DNA of 64,000 nucleotides from Cyanophora paradoxa CCMP329 (lineage: Eukaryota > Plantae > Glaucophyta). The stretch spans positions 13,989 through 77,988 of the forward strand of contig QPMI01000710.1 of NCBI GenBank assembly GCA_004431415.1, given 5' to 3'. Position numbers and translations under genes: made by a program. The number at the start of each line of letters is the position of its first letter. The stretch's first letter is position 1. Positions 36,470 to 50,400 of the stretch are shown here, one piece after another. The notes below the pieces were generated by a model that was not told the DNA's origin, did not search any database, and saw only the letters and a program-made list of their open reading frames with translations.

Positions 36470-37819
36470 TCAGAGGAGCTGCTCGGCGGGGCCGGCGAGG
36501 GCGAGGATGCCGGCGTCGTGCGCGTCGGCGTCGGCGAAGGCCGCGCCCGACGCCTCCGCCGCATCCGCCCCGTCCTCCGCCTGCACCCCTCCCCTTGGGC
36601 GGGGTGGGGGGCGGAGGGGCAGGGCATGAGGCGCGGCGCACGTCGGCGAAGGGCTCGCCGTCGGCGGCGGCGTCGAAGCCGTCGGCCGTGTACGCCTGCA
36701 CGGAGGCGGTGAGCGAGGGGGCGCCTCGGGGAGAGGGGGCGGGGGCGGCCCCGCCCGCCCGGCGCGCCGCGGCGCGCACGGTGACGGAGTCGTCGGCGGC
36801 GGCGACCTGGTCGTCGTGGTCGAGCTTGAAGCCCAAAAAGCGGCGGAGGCCGGTGGCCGGCGCCTGGCGCGTGGCGAGCGGCGCGTTCTGCTGCAGGGAC
36901 GCCATACCGTTCCGGCACCAGATCGCGTCCTGGCCCTGGACGGGCGACGGCTCCGCGATACTGTAGTTGGCCGGGCAGCAGGCCATGGCGCTCTGCGAGG
37001 CGGGTCGGCGTCACTGGGCCGCGGGCGGCGAGTCTAGAGGGGCGCGGGCGGGGCAGCCTCGCCTCGCGGTAGGCGTAGATGGGCTGGCCTTCGCCGTTGC
37101 CCTCCCAGTTGATGTTGCCGCCATACGAGTCCATGATCGCCCGCCCGCCGATGGTCGCCGAGGCGACGATCTGGTCGAGCCAAGTCGGCATGCGTCCCGT
37201 GCCGGCCGCGGCGGCGCGCGGACGCCAATTGCAAGGCGCGCGCACCGGCACAGGATGCTTTCCGGCAGGACAATACCTCAGACCGGATGACGTCAGGATT
37301 TCTGCGCACGCGGCAAGCTTAAGGTGGGCACGCATACGGCCGGCCTCGGCGAACACATGTACATCCGACCGCATACGCGCAGAACGTCGCGCGGCCGGAG
37401 TGCCAGCCGCCATGCATATGGCCAGCGCGATCTATCCGGCGCAAGCGCCTCCTATCCACGTGCAACACGCCGCAAGGAGCAAAAACACTCGGTGACTCCA
37501 GTGACTCACTATCGGTTACGTAGGCGAGCTTGCCCGCGTCGTTGTCGGGGTATTTCTCGAGCAGGAAGCGCTGCTCAACCAGTCCTTGGAGGAGGGCAGC
37601 CTTGAAGCTCATCGGCATCTGCTCAAGCGTGAGCATCGGCGGGCAGTCCCGTCCGGACAACGCGGCTCGCCTCCGGGGTAGGTGCAGCTGCGGCGGCCAT
37701 CTTCCGACGTCTAGGCTTTCGATGCGCGACGGGTGGCCTAGGCCTGGCGCTGAAGAGTCTCGAAGCTGTTTATCACCTGGTGAGGACAGAGGTGTACCCC
37801 TGCCGGGCGCCCGCCTCAT
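36470..37819 (-). CDS. Orphan multi-exon protein convergent with the previous gene
   Basis: Exons MSFKAALLQGLVEQRFLLEKYPDNDAG, MPTWLDQIVASATIGGRAIMDSYGGNINWEG and DAIWCRNGMASLQ, with an acidic Ala tail. The start is uncertain. Confidence 0.45.
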
Positions 37820-38110
37820 GATCCGCGCGCGGCCCGCGAGTTTGTAGCCGTGCCGAGCCGCCGAGGCCCGCCGTCGGTGCTGGAAACCAGGACCGGAACC
37901 AGGCTGTGCTGGGCCGGGCTGGCCGCCGGGCGCCGGGCCCGCGGACGGGCCGAGGCTACGCGTCACCTTGCCAGGGCCCAGGGCTGGCCCAAGTCTCGTT
38001 CTTGAGGCGCAAGGGCGATTAATTCCAATAGTGTATTAATTACGAGCGCGCCCTCTTTCCACGCGCGCGACGCCCCGGGGCGGGGCGGGGCGGGGCGGGG
38101 CGGGGCGGGG

Positions 38111-41100
38111 CTAGCGGGCGGTGTGGGCGCCCGAGAGGGAGAGCCCCTCGAGCCTGCTGACGGCGCGCTGGAGGGAGGCCCCGTCCAGCGCCGGCGGGGG
38201 CCCCGGGGCCGGCCCCGCGTCGGCGCTGCGGGCGATCGAGGCGACCGAGGCGAGGCGGGAGCGGCGGGCGCCCGGCTGCAGGCTGCCCCGCGGCTCCTCC
38301 AGCGCCGGGTCCCGCAGCACCAGAAGGAAGTTCGGCACCGGCAGCTCGTTCTTGTCCAGCCACTGCACGCGCCCCGCGGGCCGGCGCCGGCGCCTCGTTA
38401 GAGAGGCGCGCGCGCCGGTTGCCGCCCCTCCCGCGCGCACCGTCCGCCACGTCTTGGGGGGTATCCCCGCCTGTTCGGGGGTACGCCGTCAGGAGGCGGC
38501 GCGGCGGCTCGGAGGGTACGTCGCGACCGGCGCACCACCTCGCGGAGCTCGTTGATGAAGTACTGCACCCGCTCTGAGAGCTGCGCGGCGCGAGCGCTCG
38601 GTACCCCCGGCCCGCCCCGAGAACGCGGGTACCCCCGGGTGCGCGGACCTGCTCGCGGAGGGAGAGCCCCAGCACGATGCCGTACAGCTTGTTCGCCGTG
38701 AATTTCTCCCCCTCTTCCAGGTCCCTGCGGGGCGCCGGCGTGAGGGGAGGGGCGCGGCCGCCTTGAGGAGGGCGCGGGGGGTACTTCTTGATCTGCTTGA
38801 GGAGGCGGAGCTCGATGGCCGTCGGGCGCGTCCCGTTCGCCTTCTTCTCGAAGACTGCGGCGGCGCGGGACGGGGTGGGTGGCGGGGGCAGGAGGTCGGG
38901 AGGGGCGCGGGGCGGGGCGGGGCGGGGCGGCCCAGGGGATGGGGTGCGGACCCATCTTGACGAGCTTGGGCCACCAGGCGTTGGAGGAGAGGGCGGCCGC
39001 CCGCGCCGAGAGGTCCATCTGGCGGGCGTGGAGGGCGAGGGCGGCACCGCCGCCGCCGACCTGCGGGGGGCGGCGGGTCAGGAGGGAGAGGCTGAACACC
39101 CCCGGGGGGGCGGGCGGGCGGGCCTGGAGGGCGTGGTCGACGGCCTGGAGGCGCCGCATCATCGACGTCGGCCGCTCGGCCTCCATCCTGCCCGGCGGGG
39201 GTCAGCCCGGCGCGGGGCGGGGCGGGGCGGGGCGGGGGGGGAGAGAAGGGGCGGGCTTCTGGATGGCGCGGAGGAGGCCGAGGTCGAGGGCGGCGCGCCG
39301 CTCCGCGAACTCGCGCCGCCGCGCCACCACGTCCCCCTCTGAGCACGCCGCCCGCTCGAGGAGGGGACGGGGCGGGGCCGGGGGCCGGGGGCGGGGGCGG
39401 GGTGGAGGCGCACCGGGGAGGTGCCAGTTGGGGGGAAGAGGTCGTCGGGGATCTCCCCGTCCCGCCCCTTCTTCTTCTTCTTCCTGCGCCCCGCCGCTCC
39501 AGCCGCGCCGCAGGTGGGGGAGGCGGGGCGGCGGGGCGGGGCGGGGCGCGGACCCGGGGGAGGCGCCGGGGGAGGCGCCGCGGGCGGCGGCGGCCTTGCT
39601 GGGGGCGACGACGTTCTCCACGAAGCGCTCCAGGCTCTTCTCCCACCGCGGCGGCCACAGGCTCTGCGCCCCCGCCCCGCCCCCGCCCTCAGCGCGCGTC
39701 GGAGCCGGACGCGGCGAGAGAGGGGCGGCGCGCCTGGCCGGGGAGGCGCGCGGTGGCGATGGTGGCGTGGCCCCCCGCCGGCTGCGCGTGCCGCGGCGGG
39801 TGCGGCCGCACCGCCACCGGCTGCCCGTCCGGGCCCAGCGGCGCCGCCCCCTGCGCCCGCCCCGGCCCCTCGCACCCCGGCCCCGGCGAAGGGGCGAAGT
39901 GTGGGAGGATGGGTACCGAGATGGTCCTGCGGGATGCGCGGGAGACGCGCGAGACGATGCTGGCGGCGTCGCTCGCGTCCTCGCCCCCGCTGCGGGCGCG
40001 CGTTCGGGGCACGCGGGGAAGGCCCGGGGGGCGGGGCGGGGCGGGGGCGGGGGCACCTGGCGTGGGGACCCGTGGAGGGGTCCCCCGAGGTGGAGGGCCT
40101 CGACTGGTCGCCACCCCTCCGCCCCGGCGACGGCGGCTCCGTCCCCGCCCCGCCCCGGGGCCCGGCGACGGCGGCGCCTCCGCCCCGCCTTGCTCGCCCC
40201 AGCGGCGTCCCCGGCGGCGACTCTGACGCGTTCTCCCCCGCCGCTGCCGCCGCCTCTGCGCGCGCCAGCGCCCGCGAGATCGGATGCGTGCGAGGGGGCG
40301 CGGGCCGGCAGCGGCGGCGCGCGGGCGGGACGCACGGCGGGCGGCGGAGGCCGGCAGGGAGACCCGCGTGACCTCGAGCACGCTCTTGCCCGCCTGCCGG
40401 ACAGCCTAAGAGGGCGCGCCCAGCCCCCGTCGGCACGGGCCCCGCACCCTGCACTTCTTGCGCCGCAGGTCCGAGCCCCGGATCTCCTGCCAGAGCTGCA
40501 CGTACCCCGTCTTCGGCTCGCCCCCCCGCGTCGTCATCGGCCCATCGTCCTCGACCTCCTCCTCGGCTGCGGGGACGGGGGCGCGCGGCTCAAAGCGGGT
40601 ACCAGAGGCTGGGGCGGGGGCGGGGGCGGGGGGGGCGGACCGAGGTACTCCTCGAGCTCGAAGATGAGGTCATCCCTGCCCCGGATCATCGCCTTCTTCT
40701 TCTTCACCGCCTCCTGCTGCTGCTGCTGCTGCTGCAGGACTGCCCGCGGCGGCTCGGCGCGGGGGGAGAGGGGCGGGGCGGGGCGGGGCGGGGCGGGGCG
40801 GGGCGGGGCGCACGCTCGGCGGCGTTGTGCTGCGACTGCCTCCGCGTGAACTTCTTCGAGTAGCGCAGGTGGAGGTCCGGCGGCCCGAAAGGCACGTAGG
40901 AGGTCCCGATGGAGCAGAGCCACCCCGTGTGCGCCCGCTTCTGCGGGACCCGCGCGCCGCGCCGGTCGGCCAAAGCTTCGCCCCGCGGCCGGACCGGAGC
41001 GCGCGGACCTTCTCGCGCTCCGCGGCCTCCGCCAGCAGCTCAGCTTCTGTCCGCTCCGTGACATATGAGAGCTCCCTGCGGGCGGAGCGGGTCGGACGGC

Positions 41101-41424
41101 GCCCTAGCCTGGCGAGGGCGGCGGGCACGGAGAGCGCGCAAGCTAATCCCTCGGTGAGGCTGAGATAAGATGAGCGTTTAGTCCTGAGTTGGAGGAGGCT
41201 GGCGGCGGCCGGCGGCAGGAGCTAAGCCAAAGCGCGCCCTTGACGCAGCCACGCAGGATCGGGCCACGGCTGCTGTAGCTAGCGATTCCGCGCATGTGGC
41301 CCCAGAAGTCGCTCGCGCGACGGCCGCTACAGCTATTTTCGCACCGGCGGAGGCTGACGCGCGCGAAGAGAGGCCCCGGATCTTCCTGCTGCGTCGACTT
41401 GGGCTGCTTGAGTGCCCCCTTCAT
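38111..41424 (-). CDS. Uncharacterised multi-exon protein
   Basis: Exons such as VPFGPPDLHLRYSKKF, GYVQLWQEIRG, LSSNAWWPKLVK, IELRLLKQIKK-DLEEGEKF and WLDKNELPVP, separated by typical CCCCG-rich introns on the minus strand. Confidence 0.6.
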
Positions 41425-41614
41425 CTAACGAGAGGCCGGACGGCCCACACTCAACCTGCCCTCCAGGCCACCGCAAAGAAGATTTGCACAACGCGCCGCA
41501 GTCCTGGAGCCGTTAGCTACACCCAGAATCCAGGTATGAGGCCCGCCGGCCGCAACGAGCAGCTCGGCTGGGGGGTACGCCACAAGGAAAGCGAAGAGCG
41601 GCCAAGACGGCCGG

Positions 41615-43929
41615 ATGAGCGCGGCAGGCGGCGAGGTCACCGAGCAGACTATCCTCGAATATAGCGGCGAAACCAGCCTCGTAACAGTCCGAGAGGTACG
41701 TGGCCACTCCGCTCCCAAGGCTCGCCGGCCGGACGCGCGACCGGCGCGCCGCAGGTCATCATCCGGGATGCTGGCATAGCCAGCTTCCCTCAGCAGCTCA
41801 TCGAGCAGCTCGCCTCTCTCGAGCTCTTGTCGCTATCCAACAACCGCCTCACGTCCATCGAGCACTTCTTCCCGCACCTGGTGCGCCGTGGGCGCATGCC
41901 TGCACGCCCTAAGTCCGTACCAAGCGCTGCGGATGCGCGTGCAGAGCGGGCTCGTCGAGCTCAACGTCAACTTCAATTCGATCTCATCGATCGAGGGGAT
42001 CCAGTGCTGCTCTCGCTTGCAGAAGCTCTTCCTCTCGAACAACAAGATCCGATACATCTCCCCGCTCCTCAACCTCCCCTGCCTGCAGTGCGCCGCTCCT
42101 GGATGAGCGCGCCCGACGCCGGCCGGCCGGCCGCCGACCTCCGCCGGCAGGACGCTCTCGCTCTACCGGAACCACATCCCAGCCTTGGACGCCGTGCTTC
42201 CCGTTCTGCAGACGCTCCCGTCCCTGCGCGAGCTCGACCTCGACGGCAACCCGTGCTCTACCCTCAAGGACTACCGCCACCGGTGCGCCGCCCCGCCCCG
42301 CCCCGCGCGCCGGCGGCGGCTCAGCGGGCCGCAGGATCGTCCTCCAGCTCACCGTCGACGCGCTTGACGGGGAGACCCTGACCCCCCTCGACCGCGAGCT
42401 CGCCGAGGACTTCTTCATCAAGGAGGGCATACCCCCGCACACGATCCGGCCCCGCACCGCCGCCGCCGCGCGCCCCGGCACCGCCGCAGGCGCCCGCCCC
42501 GGCTCGGCCCGGCCGGCGACCGCCCGGCCCGGCACCGCGTCCCAGCAGCAGCAGCTACAGCAGGCGTACGAGAGCGGGCGGCCGCTCACCGCTCGGCCCG
42601 GCAGCGCGCGCCCCGGACCGCGCGCCCCGGCACCGCGTCGGCGGCGGGCCCGGTCTTCAGGAACCTGGCGCTGACGGAGAGCGAGGCGGGATCCTGATGG
42701 AGTACCTGGCGCGCTCCGAGGGGAGCAGGGCCGCCGCCCTCGTCGAGGAGCCGCGGGGGCCCTCCCAGCCCGACGTCCTCGTCGTCGAGCACGGCGACGA
42801 GGAGGACGAGGAGGAGGACGAGGATGAGGAGGGGAGGAGGAGGAAGAGGGGAGGAGGGGGAGGAGGGGGAGGAGGGGAGGGAGAGGAGGAGGGGCCGGTG
42901 GGCGAGGAGGGGGCGGGCGTGGGCGGGGGAGACAGCGCAGCGGACGCAGCGGCGGCGCTGGCGGAGTCGACGGCGGCGGTGCTCGAGCTCGTGGACGACG
43001 AAGCCGGTGCGCCGGGGCCCCCGCCCCCGCCCGCTGCCGCCTCGCCGGGCAAGGCCTGCGCGGCAGCGGGCGTGGTCACGTCGCGGCGGCCGCTGGTGGA
43101 GCGGCTGCGCGGCACGGCGGACGCGATGCAGCGCACCGAGGAGCTCCCCGCACACGCCCTCGCCCGCTCCCTGTCCGCCCCGCCCCGCCCCGCCCCGCCC
43201 CGCTTCGCGTCGCCGGGCTTCGTGTCGCCGGAGCCGACGGGGCGGGGCGGGCAGGGTCTTCGCGCCGTGCGCGAAGCCGCGGCACCAGATCTCGTCGGAC
43301 CCGCAGGAGGCGATCCAGCGCCTCCTGCAGAAGGTCGGCGAGCTCGAGGCCGAGCGCGAGGCGAGCGTACCCCCCCTTTCCGGACGGCGCCGTACCCCGC
43401 CGACCGACCGACCGACCGACCGCCGGGCCCGCAGGAGCTCATCCGGCAGCACGGCCCCGCCTGGCTCCACAAGCGGGTTGAGGACCTCGTCGCCGTGCGT
43501 CCCGTACCCCCCGCGCACCGATTGCGTACCCCTCCCTCACCCCACGGGGTACAGGAGAACCTGCGGCTCTCGCGCGAGAACAAGAACATGTATTCCCTAT
43601 ACGAGGAGTGCCAGGAGCTGCGCGCCCGGCTCAAGGCCCGCCGCCCGCGTGCCCCGCTCGGACGGGCCCCGCTTGAGCGCTCCCGCGCAGAGCTACGAGC
43701 AGCGGGACAGGTTCCTCGCGGCGGCGGGCCCGGGGGCGGCCGCGCAGGCGCTCGCCGCGGCGACGGCAGCCGCCGTCGCCCGCCCCGCCACTGCCTCCGG
43801 CCCCAGCGCCGCCGCGGCGGTCCGCCCGCCCCTCCCCGCGACGCCGGCCGCCCGCCGAGCGCCGCGGCCCCAGGCGAGGTACCGGGAGCAGGCGGCGGAC
43901 GAGGTCATCGCGGAGGGCTCCACGGGCGG

Positions 43930-43970
<41 letters not shown>

Positions 43971-45035
43971 CGCCCGTCGAGGTCCACGGGGCGCGGCTGA
44001 GCGCTGGGCAGGAGCGTACCGAAGGAGGAGTACGAGCGGCTGCTGCGAGCCTTCCGCGAGATGTCAGAGAAGTACGAGCGGGAGCGGGAGAAGGCGCGCC
44101 CCGGGGCCCCGGGAAGAGGGAGGGAGGCGGCTCCGCCGGCCGCTGACGCCGGCGCGCCGCGGCAGGTGGAGGCGCTGCGGCCGCTGACGGCGCGGCCGGG
44201 GACGGCGATCGGGGGGCCCGCGCCGCCCCCGCCGGCGACGCCCTCGCCGCCGACTTCGACTTCGGCGACGGGTTCGACGCCGAGGCGCGTACCCCCCTCC
44301 CCGCGCCGCATCGTACCCCCCGTCGCCCGACGCCGACGCGGCGGGGCGCAGCTGGCGGAGCTCTTCCGGAGGAACGCGCAGACGCTCAAGAAGATCAAGT
44401 CGGACATCCAGAAGACCAAGCGCGCCATGGCCGCCCAGGGTCCGCCCGCCCCTCCCTCGGCCCCCGCCCCGCCCCCGCCCCGGGTCGCCGGCTCAGGCGC
44501 CGGCAGACGCGGCGGAGGCGGCGGACGCGGCGGCGGCGGCGAGGAGCGCGAGGCGGCCGGCGAGCCGGGGAGCCAGGGGAGCGGCGGGAGCGGCGAGGCC
44601 GGCGAGGCGGCCGCCAAGCCGACCTCGGCCGGCTCCTCCTCGGCCCGCCGCCTCTCCGGGGACGGCGCCGGCCTCCCGCCCATGCCCCCGCCCCTCTCCT
44701 CGCCCCACGCCTCCCTCCGCCGCGCCCTCTCCGCCGGCAGCAGCGGCGGCGGGGGCGGGGCGCCGGTGCTGCAGGGGAGCGCGGGGCGGATCCGGCGGAC
44801 GGCGGCGGCGGCGGCGCTGCTGGACGCGGAGGAGCGCGCCAGCGACGGCAGCGAGGGGGAGGAGGGCGCCGGCCCTTCGTTCCCGCCGGCCCCGCCGGGG
44901 GCGCCCCAGCAGCTGCCGCCCCCGATCCCCCCGCCCCGCGCCCTCGCCGGCGCCTCGGGGCCCCCGCCCCTCCCGCCCCGCCCCGCGTCCATGGGCCGCC
45001 CGGGCTCGGGCTCGACGCCCGTCGCCCGCGCCTAG
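41615..45035 (+). CDS. SDS22-like leucine-rich-repeat protein with LRRcap and C-terminal coiled coil
   Basis: LELLSLSNNRLTSIE, LVELNVNFNSISSIEGI, LQKLFLSNNKI and LRELDLDGNPCSTLKDYR...LDG, followed by coiled-coil exons. Confidence 0.8.
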
Positions 45036-45378
45036 CTGTATGAGCCTGTATCGCTCGCTCCGCCGCGATCGAATCACCCAGCTGGTATTGCTGAGGAGCG
45101 AGTCGAACCTTCTGTAATGCCGCACCATCGTAATCGCCGCTGGAATTCGAACTGGCCCGCCTGTAGTGCGCCAAATAAAATGGCGCGCCATCTTATTTTT
45201 ATGGCGCACGCTTTTGAGCCATCGCAGAAAAAAAGGCGCCGGCCAGCGCAGCCGGAGCTTTGCGTTGGGGGGGCTACTACGACTCCCAGCGTATGATGCA
45301 ATAGTACTATAGCTACAGGTAGCGCGCACAGCAGCAGCCGGCAGACAGCACTGCGGCAGCGGGCGGGGCGGTCCTCAC

Positions 45379-47441
45379 ATGGCGCCCAAGAAGGGCAAAG
45401 TGGCTAAGCTAGGCGAGTCGAGCGACGCAGCAGCGGCTGCGGGAGCCGAAGAGTCGGCGGCTCGCGCAGGGCAGCTGCAGGCGCCCGCGGAACCAGTCGA
45501 AGTGCGTGTTCTCGCCGACAGCCGGCAGAACGGAGGCCTTACTACGACCAAAGGTTCGATACTCTTGAGCTGTGATGCGAAGGCGCGCACCGGGCGCCGC
45601 GCTGATGCCCGACCGCGCGTGCACCTTGCCCGTGACGCAGCGACGGTGACCATCGAGGTCGAGGGAGGCACGGGATGGCCTGCGGAGCTCTTGAAGGATG
45701 CGGAGCGGCAGCTCCGCTTCACGCAATCCGTCGGACCTGCGGGCCTGGACCTGTACTTCTACGATCCGGAGGCGGACACCCTCGATCTGAGGACTGCGTC
45801 TCGGAAGCTGCCGAAGCTCAGTCCCGGATGTTTCTTCTACGTCGTGCGGCGGGACATGCAGCCAGCGCACGAGGACGGCGACAGCAACGCCGACCCCGAA
45901 CTTGTGAAGCTCATGAAGCGCGGCAAGGCGCAGCACGCAGCTGCAGCGCCGGCGCCCCAGACGGTTCAGGCGGCGACTTCGTCGGACTCGGCGCAGCTGA
46001 GTTCGCTCGTGGAGGCCGTGGCCTTGCAGGTCCAGAGATCCGTCGGAGCTGCGATCGCCTCTGCAGGTGAACCTCGAGCAAAGAAGAGGCGGCGACAGGC
46101 GCGAACTACCTGAAGGAGGACACGGATGGCAAGCGCGGCACTGGGGACTGCAACACGGCACGGGACGTCGTGCGGCTACTGTGGGACGAGCCGATCGAGG
46201 GATCGGGGGGGAGTACACTCCGGAGACATGCCCGCGAGCCTGGCTGTTTCTCAAGGTGCCGTCCCTTAATTTCAGTTATGGCATCGAGTTAGAATTTAAA
46301 TTTATATCTCAAGCTCTCTCGCGGATGCAGAAGTGCGGGGCGGCACCCGCAAAACGCACGACACGCTGAGCAGACTGCGGCCGCTGCTCACCCCATTCGA
46401 CAAGGAGGACCTCAGCCACCTTCAATCCCTCACGAGATGCAAGACAGATGTCTATTTTCATAACATTGAGAACATGTGCGTGCGTTGAAGATGGGCAACG
46501 ATGCCACGCCCCTGATGCGTACACTCCGAACAGACTGTGCATTCTAAGGATGAGGAAAGCGGAGCAGGAGGTGCCGGACGATCACTACAAGCTCAAGGGC
46601 ATCTCGCGACCCGGCATTCTGGATGTCGCCGACTTCATCCTAGGGAGTCACAATTTGACGGTGATGGAGGAGAACGTAGCCGGCTGGATGGATGGCAAGG
46701 ACGCGGTGGACAGGGGAGAGTGAGCAAGAGTTCCATTATTTCGAGCAACCGATACGAAACTGACCGGTGGAAACAATTTACCACGCAGGTACCAGGCGAC
46801 GGGGCGAAGAGGAGGTCCAAGAAGAAGCAGGAAATCGAACATCGCGACTCGTTCGAAGGTACGCGGCGCTGTTCCAACGCAATACCAACGCATATGTCAA
46901 CACCTCGCAACGCATACGTTGATTGACATACGTTGAATAGTGTTGACGTACTCAACTTCCCTCCGTGTTGCCACGAGGCTCACGCGCACTTTTGCACTTG
47001 CAGAGCCGGCAAGGAAAATGCCAGAGCAGAAGGGCAAGGCACGCGCCAGCGCCGCCCGACAGACGAAGGTGCGCGATGTGTACAACGCATGCAGAACGCA
47101 TCGTCAACGCAAGCGTTGATATTGCGTTGTCTGCGTTGCAAAGACACAGCGCAATTTGCGTTGATTCCGTGCCCGCAGAGTCCGACGAGGAGGATGACGT
47201 AGAGGACAAGCTCGAGGACGACGACGAGAGCGGGAATGAGGACGAGGACGAGGGCGAGGACGAGGACGAGGACGCAGAGGCGGCAAGCCCGAGGAAGCGC
47301 AACCGCAAGGCAGAGACGAAGGGTCAGGAGGCGAAGCATGCGAAGCAGGAAGCAGGGAAGCGCAAGAAGCAGGAGAAGGAGATGGGGAAGGAGGCGAAGA
47401 AGCCCAAGGCCGCAGCAATGACAGAGAAGGTGCAGTCTTAA
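45379..47441 (+). CDS. Transposon second gene of unknown function; basic NLS-like ends, acidic tract, two apparent frameshifts near 46100 and 46205
   Basis: A 244-aa first ORF (MAPKKGK...AKKRRRQ), a coding-like continuation in shifted frames, and spliced exons ending ESDEEDD...KVQS*. Confidence 0.6.
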
Positions 47442-50400
47442 AAACGCGGGCCGGGGCGGAGCCGCAGCACGGGCCGGGCCGGGCGGGGCCGCAGCAGGAG
47501 ATGGGGCAGGCGGGGCCGCAGCAGGAGAAGGGACGGGCGGGGCCAAACCAGGAGACGGGGCGGGCGGGGCCGGAGCGCGGGACGGGCCGGGCGGGGCCGC
47601 AGCAGGAGACGGGGCGGGCGGGCCGGAGCGCGGGACGGGCCGGGCGGGCCGCAGCAGGAGACGGGGCGGGCGGGCCGCAGCAGGAGACGGGGCGGGCGGG
47701 GCCGCAGCAGGAGACGGGGCGGGCGGGGCCGCAGCAGGAGACGGGGCGGGCGGGGCCGCAGCAGGAGACGGGGCGGGTGGGGCCGCAGCAGGAGACGGGG
47801 CGGGTGGGGCCGCAGCAGGAGACGGGGCGGGCGGGGCCGGAGCGTGGGCTGCGGCTGCTTGGGCTGCACGTGCTGCGGCTGCTTGGGCTGCATGCTGAGC
47901 GGCATCCTCCTCCTCTTTCTTGAGAAAAGCTAGAATTCGCAGCTTGAGAGCCTCCTTGTTACCTGTGTGCGGCAGGTTTGCAGCACGGAGGAATGCCTGC
48001 AGGGGCTTGTTGGTGGTGTGCATGCCAGGGGCCAGAAGCTGCGAGAAAAAGGAAATTAGAAGAGGAAGTCCAACGCAACTGCACCGCAAGCGTTGAATTG
48101 AAGAACGCAAACGTGTGCTTTGCGTTGCTAAAAAAACGCACCCGTCGTATCCCATCAACAGACGGGATGGGGCCGTACTTGTCGTCGACAGGGCCATCTG
48201 CTGTTGCATTGTCGGCGACGATCGATTCTGCCGTTGCGCCACGCTGGCGCGGAATGATTTTCTCCCCGACACTGGCAGTCTCCGGGTAGATGCGCTCACG
48301 CTTGTTCTTGCACCCGTACTTGCTGCACTGGCAGCTCGAGCAGCACACCAGGCCGCTTGTGAAACAGCCGCATTTCTCTGGAAGGCAGCCATCCCTGCAC
48401 TTGCACGGGTCCACGTCGAGACCGGGGGCCTGGCCACAGAAGCTCTTGAATGCTGTCATGAGAGGAACGGTGCCGTTCATTATGTTGTTCGCACGGTTCT
48501 CCTCAATTGTCTTCCAGATTGTCTGCATCCCTGCACCAGTTCTTTGATGAGTGTGCAACATTCGTGCAAATGGGACTACCCCTGCACGTACCGCCCACGA
48601 GGTTCATGTTGATCAATTGTGCTCCCTGAATGGGAGTGTCAATGAAACCCGCCATCGTCCTGATCGTGTAGAGGCCATGCCGGACGTCCACCACTTCTGT
48701 GACGATCCCAGGTACCCTTGCTTGTAGGAGGACGTGCATGCCGAGCTGTTTGACAAGAACGGCCACACGATCCCCGATACTGTAGATAACAGGACCTGCT
48801 CCCTGCTTCTCCGCGCACGCCTTCATCTGGTCTCTGTACACGGCAAGCCGTGCGCATGCCTGGACATTCCCGAATGCACGCACAAACTGATCGATCTGTC
48901 CAACGCATGCGTTGAGAATGCGTTGGATGAGAGTGCGACAAAATTTGCAATGAATTGAAGGCACTTACTACGTAGAACACCGGGATGTCCTTCAAGAGCG
49001 GGCTCTCCGCCCTCTGCAGAAGAGCGTTGGCGATATCTTCTTCGTACTTCGCCATGTCATCGCACACTCTGTTCACTTCCTCCATGTTTGCAACCTGACA
49101 ACACAATTACCAACGCATGCGTTGGGATGCGCAGACATTCCGTTGCGCACTCCGAGGAGGTCCTCAATGTCCTTCTCGGTGTACGGCCTTGTCGGATCCG
49201 ACGGTGGCTCAATTCCCAAAGGCCTTCGTGAAGGTCTGCGCCCGGTCATGGCCTCGATGGGTGTCATCTTGTGCCCGTTCGCGAACTTCATGCTGTTGTG
49301 GGACTCCATTGCCTGAGAATCCAGCATCGATCAGTGCACTTGGAATTTTCAAATGGGGTATGAAAAGGATTTTAAATACATCGGGAATGGCTAGGGCCCA
49401 GTTCGCCCAGTCCTCCGCATTCTGGTTCCGGCGTTCGTAGCAAATAGCCTCGAGCGTCGGCTTCGAGTCCCTGTTCGCGCGCTCCACAGAGCCCTGGTGC
49501 TCTGGAGTGTACGGTTTCCCGTAGGCGATGGACGAGTTCGGGTAGGCCGCCATAAGGACCTTCATGATCTGCCATACTCCGTTAACATAATTAATATTGA
49601 AGTTTACAAGAGATATCGGGGAATTTCACATCATTCTTGAACTCCGATCCGTTGTCGCAGGACAGGATTGTGCATGCGCCGAAGTAGGCAAATTTCTCGC
49701 GAAGACGATCAGCAACTTCGCCTGCGCACTTTGATTCGCAAGCCTCCAGGATGAGGAAACGAGTGTAGTGGTCCTGCGTTCGCCGTTGTTCGTTACCGGA
49801 TGCAGAAATCTGCGCATGACCGTGCCGAAAACTGACCTTTATGGCCAGGACAAATGCCCAGAATCGCGGAATGACGTCCGTGACAAAGACCGTCTTGTAG
49901 CAGCCCGGAAATTCGGGATCCGGGATTTTCTTCTCGTACCGGCACACGTGCACTGCTTGCTCCCAGTACCAGACCCTCTCGAGCTCGCCTGAGCTCTCAT
50001 TCCACTTCCACCCCGGCAGCCACTCCTGCAACTCCCAGGTAAATTTTAACACGTGGCCAGGCGCATCAATAGCAACATCTCACCATGCGGGGGCAGGGGC
50101 CCCATGCCTTGGGCATCTCAAAGAAGTCGACAATTGCCCGATCCCAGAAACCAATCACCTTGATTGGATGGAGGATCCCGTCGGGCTGCCTCCTCTTGTT
50201 CTTGAGCTTGCAGACTGGACTGCAGCCCCATCCCCACGACCGCAGGTGAGTCTTAGTCACGATTGGTTTGTCTGTGGTCAGAAAACTCACCAAATCTTGA
50301 CGTAGATGCGGACCAGGTAGCGAGGAATCGCGTACCTTTGCTTCGCATTGTTGTATACACCGGTGCCACCTTTGTGCCCGCTCTCAAGGTGTTCGCGCTG

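Noticed and set aside
21195-44992. Many long Arg/Gly/Pro/Ala-rich ORFs on both strands (e.g. 24392-26155+, 38879-40849+)
   Set aside because: Artefacts of very high GC content and stop-codon scarcity; they are antisense to, or read through the introns of, real spliced genes.
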